Shown piece by piece: positions 53,939 through 64,000 of a stretch of 64,000 nucleotides of DNA. This DNA is from Eledone cirrhosa (Eukaryota): the NCBI GenBank assembly GCA_964016885.1, contig OZ024744.1:57846001-57910000 (forward strand), given 5' to 3'. A program made the translations under genes and the position numbers. A model generated the notes under the pieces. The model saw nothing but the letters and a program-made list of their open reading frames with translations. It did not search any database and was not told the DNA's origin. The first letter of the stretch is position 1. The number at the start of each line of letters is the position of its first letter.

Positions 53939-54688
53939 GCCAGCATCTGACTGCACTAGAACGTCTACTCTTTGACCTTTTGTGGAGGGGTTAGGTTCCA
54001 TTGGTCAGGTGTTCTATCTACTGTCAGCTCCCGCTATGTGGAGGATTGGGTATGCCGTGGCTGATGATGCATAAACATGTACTGAGGCTACATCTCCAAC
54101 TTTTCTTTATCCGTGAACAGTTGTGGTCGCTGTTCACTAAACATGTTTTTCCCCGGCTCGTCTCCTTAATGGAGCTGCAGTCCTGGGTCAAGCAAAGACC
54201 ATGAGGGAGCACTTGGAGACTGGAATGTCTTCAAGTGGTCGCAGCCGTCAGCCAATCAGGCAATACAATCAGTAGAAACTCCACCTTAGCATTCTAGAGT
54301 GATGAAAAAAATGACGATGTTCTTGGGGAGACTCGGAGCTTTGACAAAAATCAACAAGTCACCCTTTACCAAGGGACTTTTAGACCAGGGCCCATGGACA
54401 ACTTCCAAAAATTCCTAACCTGACAGTGCTACTGAGGATCTTTGCCAAGTCAAGATAAACTAACTCTACAGGCATGGAAGTGCTGTCAGCAGTGGCAAAA
54501 CTGTCCTGCATGCACTCATCAAGTGCATGTCTCCTTATCCTGCTTATGCTAACCAAGTCAGTACTGAAATGGGACTACTGACCTTCTGGACAGGCTGAGG
54601 GGTCTGCATCTCCTTTATGAACAATTTTATGTTTTAAGTTAAAGGAGAAGTGTCCTTGACACAAACTGAAGCACACACACACACATAT

Positions 54689-55817
54689 CATCATCATCAT
54701 CATCGTTTAACGTCTATCTTCCACGCTAACATGGGTTAGACGGGAGTTGTCCCACTTGAGGCAAGGTTGGTTGGGTGACCATGTCTCGCTCATATAGGAC
54801 TGTCTGGCAGGTTTTCTACGGCTGGATGCCCTTCCTAACACCAACCACATTTACAGTGTGGACTGGGAACTTTTTACCGTGTTACCTACACGGCCACATT
54901 ACAGCGTGGATTGTGTATTTTTTTGTTGTGACACCTACATGATCTCGATCTCGATCTCATTATCTCATTTATTTGGACTGGATGTTGTGGTACCAACGTT
55001 ACAGAGAGAGGGTGGTGTTGGTGGGAGTGGGAGAGTGGAGTGAGGGGTAGTGCGATGGGGTGTATATTTGGTTAAGAGGTGCCTACTGACTGTAGGTTAT
55101 GCTTTGTACAAGGCACGCCTTCTGTATTACTGCGTGACGCCAAAGATCTCGGTCCAGTGACATGTCTTAGAGAGGTGCAAGTGTGTAAGGTCGGAATTTA
55201 TCAAATCATCCCAGGTTTTTCTGGGTCTGCCTACTCCGTGGCTACCGTCTATTTTGATCGCTCTGGACTTTTTTATACAGCTGTCGTCTTTCATGCGCAT
55301 CACGTGACCATACCAACGTAGTCTTCTCTCAAGTAAACAGCATCTGATCCATCTTATTCCTAATTTCTCACTTAGTTCATTTATGTTTTGCCGTTCACGT
55401 ATATTACTATTACACATCCAATGGAGCAAGTGTGCTTCATTCCTTTCCAGTCTGCGCATGTCCTCTGCACAGAATGCCCAGGTCTCACTACCATGTAGCA
55501 TTGCTGTTCGTATACAGGCATCATACAGCCTGCTTTTCATTTTTAGAGAAACCTTTTGTGGCCAACAACAGTATTAGCTCTCTGAACTTTTTCCATCCCG
55601 TTCTGACTCTGGCTACTATACTCTCAGAACACCCTCCACCACTGCTGATTTTGTCACCCAGGTAACGAAAAGTGTCCACTATTTCTATAGAACCATCTGG
55701 GCAATAGAAGGAGATAGTATCCTGTGGTCACTTGCTACTTATTGCACCAGAGCATCGACCACATATAAAATCTACATTCTTAGATAGTTTACCTGTGATC
55801 CCACTACATCTTTTATG
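54689..55817 (-). pseudogene. RTE LINE 3' fragment, copy 1 (RT C-terminus, 3' UTR, (GAT)n tail)
   Basis: GWKKFREL, LYDACIRTAMLHGSETW, RRLRWYGHVMR, GRPRKTW. (CAT)n at the left end. Confidence 0.92.
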
Positions 55818-55824
55818 TATATAT

Positions 55825-55985
55825 CATCATCATCATCATCATTTTACGTCCGCTTTTCCCTGCTTGCAAGAGTGGGATGGGTCCTATTCAGCACAGCATT
55901 TCTCCACTTGTCACGGTCCTTCGTCATCTCCTCCATGAGTTTCAGCGATCTGAGGTAGCTCTCACCACCTCTGCCCATGTTTTTT
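55825..55985 (-). mobile_element. 3' end of a second RTE family, likely donor of the SINE B tail
   Basis: Minus strand reads KTWAEVVR..LRSLKLMEEMTKDRDKWRNAVLNRTHPTLASREKRT* followed by (ATG)n. Confidence 0.8.
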
Positions 55986-56010
55986 GTATATATATATATA
56001 TATATATATA

Positions 56011-56490
56011 GAATTTATTTTGTCAAAAATAGAACTTAGAAGGCCAAAGCTAAACAGAAAAAAAGAATGGAATAACAACAACACCCAAACAAATAATACT
56101 GACCAAAGAGAAATATAAATAAATAAATAAATATATACACAAGCACAATAACAACAAACACATATAAACACACACTAGTAAACTAAGATAGAATACAATA
56201 ACCAAAACACAGTCACCCAAATGCGAACACACACCAAACACTATACACACATGCAAACGCATGAACAGAGAAGATGACAAAAATAAATAAATAAATAAAC
56301 AGATTAAATAAAGATGGCGTACACATACAATACAACAGGAGGAACATAATAGTACCACTGACGATGTTGCAGATGTGCAACGAAAGAACTTTGTTAGACT
56401 ATATATATGTGTTTGTGTCTATATTATATCTGTATTTTTGACCGTTGGTCAGTCAATGGCAACATTGAGGACCGAATAAATTAACTGATA
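56011..56490 (+). mobile_element. Possible Penelope-like 3' remnant with a hammerhead-like core at 56358-56385
   Basis: EFILSKIELRRPKLNRKKE weakly resembles a GIY-YIG C-terminus. CTGACGA-T-GTTGCA-GATG-TGCAAC-GAAA. AATAAA at ~56476. Confidence 0.45.
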
Positions 56491-56585
56491 TAAAAGATAC
56501 AGAAGCAAAAACCAACCAAACAGTGAGTGTGTTCTGTTATTAATTCTGGCAATATTATTACAACAATATGACCCTCCCCAAATAT

Positions 56586-56649
<64 letters not shown>

Positions 56650-56799
56650 TCTTCAGTGCTGAGATGGGGGTAGGGTGAGACCACTAATCATGGGAGTACT
56701 CAATGCATGGGGAGATGCTGAGTGGATATAGAGATACATAAAATCCTGAAACCACTTGGTGCTATGGTCTGAATTTTATATCTCCCTATATATATATAT

Positions 56800-58575
56800 C
56801 ATCATCATCATCATCATCGTTTAACATCTATCATTCATGCTAGCATGGGTTGGACGGGTTTGTCCTACTTGAGGCAAGATTGGTCGGGTGGCCGTGTCTT
56901 GCTCTTATAGAGCTGTTTCTGGCAGGTTTTCTATGGCTGGATACCCTTCCTAAGACCAACCAAATTTACAGTGTGGGCTGGGAGCCTTTTTACTGTGTCT
57001 CCTATACAACCACTTTACAGTGTGGACTGGATGTCTGTGGTACCAACGTAACTTTAAAGAGAAAGGGTGGTGTGGGTGGAAGTGGGAGGATGGAGTAGGG
57101 GTGTGGAGTGGGGTTAAGAGGTGCCTACTGACTACAGGTTTAAGTTTGTATGTAAGGGAAGGTGGGTCTTCTGTATAACTGTATAGCGCCGAAGATCTCG
57201 ATCCAGTGACATTGTCTTAGAGGGATGTAAGTGAGCAAAGTCAGTTTTTATCACCTCGTCACAGGTTTTTCCATAACTTCCATCAATTTTGATCGCACTG
57301 CACTTTTTTATACAGCTGTTGTCCTTCATACACATCACATGTCCATGCCAATGCAACTCCTCTCCTGCAAACAACATTTGATACCTCTTATGCTTAGTCT
57401 CTCTCTCAATTCGTTTATGCTTTGCCATTCGCGAACATTACTATTACACATCCATCGGAGCATACAAGCTTTGTTTCTTTCTAATCTATGCAAGTCTTCT
57501 GCACACAATGCCCATGTCTCACTGCCATGTAACATTGTTGTTCGTATACACGCATCATACAGTCTGCTTTTCATTTTTAGAGAAACCTTTTGTGGCCAAC
57601 AGCAGTATTAGCTCTCTGAACTTTTTCCATCCTGTTCTGACTCTGGCTACTGTACTCTCAGAGCATCCTCCTCCACTGCTGATTTTGTCACCCAGGTAAC
57701 AGAAGGTGTCTACTATTTCTATAGAACCATCTGGGCAATAGAAGGAGCTAGTATCCTGTGGGCACTTGCTACTTATTGCACCTGAGCATCAACCACATAT
57801 AAAGTCTACATTCTTAGATAGCTTACCTGTGATCCCACTACATCTTTTATGTACCCATAGTTTGCATTTGGGGCATAGAATGGAATTTCTACCTACTCCT
57901 TTCTTACACACTGAGCATGACCATTTCCCAGAGGGAACCTGTGCCCTATTTTCCTTTCTACATACTAGAACTTTAGTCTTAGACAAGTTAACTTTAAGGC
58001 CTTTTGATTCTTGGCCATGTTTCTATGTTTGGAATTTCTTCTCTAGTTCAGCCATAGATTCAGCTATGAGAGTTAGATCATCTGTGTATAGAAGTTCCGA
58101 TTGGTAGCCAATTTAAACTCTTCTATTATAGCCTGAAGGGCAATAAAAAACAGGAGGGGGATAAGGACGGAGCCTTGGTGACACCTACTTTTATGCTAAA
58201 TTCTTCACTATATTCATTGTTAATTCTAACCTTGCTGACTGTTGCTCTATACATGGCTTGTATAGCTCTCACAAGCCACTCATTTACTCCTAGTTTTCTA
58301 AGAGCCCACCAGATAATGGAGTGGGGGACTCTGTCAAAGGCTTTCTCCAAGTCAACAAAGGCTAAGTAGAGGGATTTACTTTTAGCTAGGTACCTCTGTA
58401 GTTGCCGTACATGGAAAAGAGCATCTGTGGTACTTTTACCTGGCACAAACCCAAACTGCATTTCATCTAGATCAATTCAGCCTCTAATCAGTTGAGTAAT
58501 AATTCTTTCTGTGACCTTCATGACCTGGTCAACTAACTTAATGCCTCTATAGTTTTCTCTACCTAGGGTATCTCT
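56800..58575 (-). pseudogene. RTE LINE fragment, copy 2 (RT core, Cys/His finger, C-terminus, 3' UTR, tail)
   Basis: QFGFVPGKSTTDA, LAFVDLEKAFDRVP, ELLYTDD, SKTKVL, CSVCKKGVGRNSILCPKCKLWVHKRC, LHGSETW. Several frameshifts. Confidence 0.93.
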
Positions 58576-58715
58576 ATATATATATATATATTTGGTGTGG
58601 GATGCTTAAAGCGTCCATATGCGGTAGGCCGTTTGAGCACTCAATGCTCTTACAGAGTAGAGTATAATATCACATAAGAAATGGAGAATCAGTGGTGCGA
58701 TGAATGAGATTTATT

Positions 58716-58812
58716 AGACATATTACAATCGTTTCTCTGGCGACCAGCTCGAGGCACGACCCATGCAATGATCAAACCTGACTCTGAAATTGCAAGTTCT
58801 TCAGACATGTCT
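58716..58812 (-). ncRNA. Putative type I hammerhead ribozyme with a long stem II
   Basis: AGACATGT-CTGAAGA-[~62 nt]-GAA-ACGA/TTGT-A-ATATGTCT: 8-bp stem I, intact core, palindromic stem III, GUA triplet, followed by AATAAA. Confidence 0.6.
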
Positions 58813-58883
58813 CAATCCTTCGAAGCAGAGTTTCCCTATTTGGAAACTCTTTCCATATTTGGAAACTCTGCTTCAAAGGATTG

Positions 58884-58980
58884 AGATGTGCCTGAGGAAC
58901 TTGCGATTTCAGAGTCAGGTTCGATCATCACATCGATCATGCCTCGACCTGGTCGCCAGAGAAACGATTGTAATATGTCT
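58884..58980 (+). ncRNA. Second putative hammerhead (mirror arm, weaker stem I)
   Basis: AGATGTGC-CTGAGGA-acttgcga...tcgccaga-GAAACGATTGTA-ATATGTCT. Confidence 0.45.
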
Positions 58981-59514
58981 AATAAATTCTAATTCATCGC
59001 ACCACTGATTCTCCATTTCTTATGTTATATATATATATTTATATGCATGTGTGTGTGTGTGCATGTGTCTATGTGTGTGTGTATGCATACTTTCCCTATT
59101 TTTCCACGGTTTCTTCTATTCCTTTCCTATTGTTCTCCTTCTTCCTCTCTCCTCATCTTTTTCCGCCCTGTTCTTCCTCCTTTCCCTCTCTTTCTTTTTC
59201 TCTCTCCTTTTTTTCTCTCTTTCTCTCTCCTTTTCTACCTGGCCTTTTCATTAATAAAAGGCCCCGGGCGCACCCAAACTACACCGATGTCCTGTAATTC
59301 AGCACCGAAACATCGGTTCGGGAAACATTTACAGCTGACGATGGAAACTCCTTTCTTCCTTTCTTCCTTTCTCCTCCTATTCCGTCCTAACCACCACCCT
59401 AAACCTTGTTTTTAGTAAACACACAGCTACTTTCGTTTCATAACTTTATATATATATATATATATATACACTCTCATATATATATATGTTTATATATGTA
59501 TATATATATATATA

Positions 59515-60185
59515 GTTAAAACTTAGACGGGAACAAAAACAGAGAGGCAGTACAAATAAGAGTTTATTAGGTTCACGCTTTTGAGAGTGGAGGGGGTGGG
59601 GAACCATGTTTCGGGCATAAGCCCTTCATCAGGAGAAAAGTGGGTAGGAAGAGAGTTCCGAGGGTGTGTGGGGGAGTGGTGGAAAGACATTTAGAAAAAA
59701 AAGGGGGGGGGGGTGAGAAAAGGGAGGAAAAACGATTGAAGAAGTACAAATAAAAATAAAAATAAACATAAAAATAAACAAGTGGTGGAAGGGTGTGAGG
59801 CGTGTAGGGGTGGTGGCGGGTGGAGTAGGGAGAGGGAGGCGGGGGGTCCGAGCGGGGAGGGCTTCAGATGGTGTTTGTGTATGTGTGTAGGTGTGTGTGT
59901 ATGTGAATGTGAGAGTTAGGGCAAGAATGAGGTTCCATGTTCAGGAAAAGGTGTGTGCATGGGGTGTAAGCCGGCGTGTGCATGTGTGTGATGGAGAGGG
60001 GTCAGAGGGGTGGGGCATTTGATGGGGGGGGGAGATTCCGGAGGCTGAGTGTGTATATGTGGGGGTGCGTACGTGTGTGTTTGTGTTTATATGTGGTGTG
60101 GATGTAGGTGGTGTGGTTCGAAAAAAAATGTGAGTGTTTTTCCTGGGTAAGTTCCTAAGGTAGTTCCGTGGTGTGTGCGATGAGA
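59515..60185 (-). mobile_element. Possible Penelope-like 3' remnant with a hammerhead-like core at 59609-59632
   Basis: Minus strand CTGATGA-A-GGGC-TTAT-GCCC-GAAACATG, with downstream AATAAA and a TA tract. Stem I is not recoverable. Confidence 0.5.
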
Positions 60186-60186
60186 T

Positions 60187-60252
60187 GTATATATATATAT
60201 ATATACATACATATATACATATATACATACATATATACATATATATACATAC

Positions 60253-60312
<60 letters not shown>
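60187..60312. repeat. (TA)n/(TACA)n microsatellite
   Basis: Direct reading. Confidence 0.93.
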
Positions 60313-60320
<8 letters not shown>

Positions 60321-60609
60321 GTAATTAAATAGCTCTGTACAATACATAGAGCACTCTTCTTTCCTTTATCTTCTCTACGGAAATACTTAACACTTAAAAC
60401 ATATATATATATGCTTATGTGTGTGCAGTTTAAATGCATGCGTGTGTGGGTATATGTGTGTATGTGTGTATATAGTTGGGTAATTAAATGTTTTATTTCC
60501 TATTATATCTTTTTCCTCCCATGTTCTATCATTATCTCCTGTTGCAGCTCCTCCTTCCCCTTCCTCGGTTGGAGGATGGGTGGAGTGTTTCCTTTTTGTT
60601 CTCACCACA

Positions 60610-60790
<181 letters not shown>

Positions 60791-60899
60791 TTGTGTGTGT
60801 GTTTTACATGTCATGTATTTGTGTGTATTTATGTATGTGTGTATATATATGTGTATATCTGTGTGTATGTGAGTATATAATCATATCATCATCATCATC

Positions 60900-60901
<2 letters not shown>

Positions 60902-60981
<80 letters not shown>

Positions 60982-61005
60982 TGTATGTATGTATGTATGT
61001 ATGTA

Positions 61006-61094
<89 letters not shown>
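60902..61094. repeat. (TA)n-(TATG)n-(TG)n-(TA)n compound microsatellite
   Basis: Direct reading. Confidence 0.95.
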
Positions 61095-61430
61095 GGAGGC
61101 ACATGGCTTAGTGGTTAGAGCATTGGCCTTCCAATCGAAAGGTTGTGAGTTCAATTCTCAGACCGGGTGATGTGTTGTTTCCTTGAGCAAGACACTTTAT
61201 TTCACATTGCTCCAGTTTACTCAGCTGTAGAAATGAGATGATAGGGACTGGGGTCCCTATCATACCACTGCAAAGTGGTCGTGGAGGTGCCACGGCAAAA
61301 AAGCACCCAGCACTCACTGTAAATGAGGTTGGTGTTAGGAAGGGCATCCAGCTGTAGAAATCAAGCCAGAATTAGTTCCTGTCCCACCCTTGCAAGCAGG
61401 GAAAAGCGGACATAAAATGAAATGAAATAA
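61095..61430 (+). mobile_element. CORE-like SINE family B, full length
   Basis: Near-identical to the 6288-6629 copy. Confidence 0.88.
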
Positions 61431-61574
61431 ACGTCTGTGTGTGTGCATGTGTCCTCAACACCACTGTACGACCCACCACGACCACCATCACCACCACCAT
61501 TTTTTCTCTACCAGTCCATCAGCTCAGCTGGTTGCTTTCTGGATTGATACAACTCAACTTATTTAGTTCTTCTA

Positions 61575-61990
61575 CAGCTTTCAGACATTATTAGACTGCG
61601 GTCATGTGGGAGCACTTCTTTGAAGGGATTTTAGTTGGTTATATCAACCCCATTACTAATTTTTTCAAGACTGGTACCTATTTTATCAATTTCCTTTTGT
61701 CGAAACACTGAGATATAGGACAGAAACAGTAAATACACATAGACATACACACACAGACACACACACACACAGACATACACACACATACACACACACACAC
61801 AGACACACACAGACATACACACACAGACACACACACACACAGACACACACAGACATACACACACAGACACACACACACACACACACACACAAACATACAC
61901 ACACTAACTCCCACACATACACAACAGGCTTATACACAGATTCTGTCTATCTAATTCCACTCAGAAGGCATTGGTCAACCCATGACTATA
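61575..61990 (-). mobile_element. SINE family C body with an internal (CA)n tract
   Basis: gactgcggtcatg..ggagcac...ctggtacctattttatc...(CA)n...aattccactcagaaggcattggtc resembles an abundant octopus SINE recalled from memory. Confidence 0.6.
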
Positions 61991-62002
61991 TATATATTGT
62001 GT

Positions 62003-62044
62003 GGCTTTGATGAACGCCAACCAGCGTGAAACAGACTGTCAGCT
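62003..62044 (+). ncRNA. Putative minimal type I hammerhead ribozyme (C3U variant)
   Basis: GGCT-TTGATGA-ACGC-caacca-GCGT-GAA-ACAG-a-CTGT-C-AGCT. All three stems pair and the cleavage triplet is GUC. Confidence 0.6.
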
Positions 62045-62253
62045 TCTCTCCCTTCTTTCCCCAAAAAGAAGTAAGTGACTCAGTCACTACTTTAAAACTG
62101 ATAGTGTATGGTCTTCTAAATGTTTTTAATTAAACATACGATGTATTGCCAAATATACTATACATACATTCATGTATATATATATATGTGTTAGGTAATT
62201 CCGAAGAAGAAGCAAAGGAAAAAAAGAGTGCTCTATGTATAAAACAGAGCTAT

Positions 62254-62379
62254 TTAATTAGAAAGTGAACAACACAATATATAACTACTCCATTACCAAA
62301 GGTTTCTGGATCCTAGACAATATTAATATACGTCTGGTAATGGAGTAGTTGTATATTGTGTTGTTCACTTTCTAATTAA
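62254..62379. repeat. Inverted repeat with ~45-bp arms and one mismatch
   Basis: ttaattagaaagtgaacaacacaatatataactactccattacca versus tggtaatggagtagttgtatattgtgttgttcactttctaattaa. Confidence 0.92.
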
Positions 62380-62415
62380 GAGGTATATATATATATAATG
62401 ATTTGTGTTCATTGT

Positions 62416-62523
62416 GAAGGACCGTGACAAGTGGAGAGATGCTGTGCTGAATAGGACCCGTCCCACCCTTGCAAGCAGGGAAAAGCGGACGTAAAATGGT
62501 GATGATGATGATGATGATGATGA
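62416..62523 (+). mobile_element. 3' end of the second RTE family
   Basis: Matches the reverse complement of 55825-55922 and ends in (GAT)n. Confidence 0.82.
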
Positions 62524-62727
62524 ATGATTTCTACTTTAAGCACAAGATCAGAAATTTGTTGAAGGGGAGGGGAAAGTCTATTAAATCGACCCCCAGTGTA
62601 TAACTGGTACTTTATTTTAAAGATGAACAACAAAGCTAACTTTGGCAGTATTTGAACTCGGAACGTAAAGGGCCATCACTCTATGCCGCAAAGCATGTTG
62701 TCCGACGCTCCACTGATACTCCCAATC
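62524..62727 (-). mobile_element. SINE family A, diverged
   Basis: tttctactttaagcacaag...ctggtactttatttt...tttgaactc...gtccgacgctc. Confidence 0.75.
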
Positions 62728-62824
62728 CAGACGACACTTGCATTTGGTGCTGTACACTAGGACTGAACCGAAAACCAAGTGGCTGTGAAGGAAATTTCTT
62801 AACCACATAGACAGCCATGCCTGT
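62728..62824 (-). mobile_element. tRNA-like head of SINE family C
   Basis: Minus strand caggcatggctgt..gtggttaagaa...ggttcagtcc has A/B-box-like motifs, followed by caagtgtc. Confidence 0.55.
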
Positions 62825-63223
62825 GTCAGCCTTCATAGTTTTCAAAGTTTGAAAGTCAATTTTGTCCTGCAAAAGGGCAATTGCAATGTTTTGTTGTTGT
62901 TGTTGTTGTTTTTTGTTGTTTTTATTTTCGTTAGTTTGTTTTTCTCACACACACCACTTTTCACTCTTTCACTCACTTACCTACATCATTAACTCCACTA
63001 GCTCTATTCATTCTACTCCCTCAGTCAGTCATCATACACACACATCCTTTCTCTCTAGTACTAGTACCTCCTTCCAGTTCTGTCTCCTACCACACAGAAA
63101 CATATATTTACATAGAAGAAACTGGAGGGAAAGGGTGAGAGGAGGGGGGGGGGGGTGAGGAGAAGTAGGGAGAGGAGTGCCAGAGCAGACAGAGACAGAG
63201 GGGAAATTGAAATGTCATGGACT

Positions 63224-63678
<455 letters not shown>

Positions 63679-63889
63679 TGTGTGTGTGTAAGTATTCTTA
63701 CTCTGAAATACTGAACTATTTCCCATTTACCTCATCCATTCCTCTCACATCACACACTTTAAGATAAAATGTAAATTGTTGGTAATTTGTTGCGACTTCT
63801 TCACTTCTTTCTGTTGTTAAGTAATTATTCAAACACCAACGGATTTCAACAACAGTTATACTAAGATATCCACAGTATAAATATATAAA

Positions 63890-63940
<51 letters not shown>

Positions 63941-64000
63941 CGGGGGAGGGAGAGTGAGAGATCACAGAATAGAATACAAATACAGACAGTACCACTTACA

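Larger units (their letters stand above)
58672..59025. repeat. ~354-bp imperfect palindrome
   Basis: acataagaaatggagaatcagtggtgcgatgaat...attcatcgcaccactgattctccatttcttatgt. Arms meet at a duplicated tttcc(c/a)tatttggaaactct centre. Confidence 0.95.

Noticed and set aside
53940-54660. Possible host exon in unique-looking sequence
   Set aside because: Only short ORFs without recognisable motifs; it cannot be supported without homology or RNA data.
59280-59350. Hammerhead-like ctgacgatggaaac
   Set aside because: There is no room for stem II and no consistent stem I or III.

Overview
Eukaryotic, repeat-only window with no intact host gene. The SINE families, RTE tails and dense (TA)n/(CA)n/(GAT)n tracts resemble octopod cephalopod DNA; this taxon call is recalled and not verified. 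The window is dominated by a ~43-kb tandem array (7896-50935) of a 23-bp unit, TACTAACCAGCTCATATATCCCC (~1,870 units), with nested kb-scale higher-order duplications. The array begins in the last codons of a decayed Tc1-family (DD37E) transposase and is followed by what looks like that element's 3' UTR and terminal inverted repeat, so the satellite seems to have arisen inside the transposon. The flanks hold a Ty3/Gypsy pol remnant, a probable non-autonomous Helitron, a TTAA-flanked piggyBac-like MITE inside an RTE LINE remnant, two RTE copies sharing a frameshift, three SINE families, and TA-delimited cassettes with hammerhead-ribozyme-like cores, including a 354-bp palindrome with one core per arm. 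Most short ORFs in the track are artefacts of microsatellites or SINE antisense strands.
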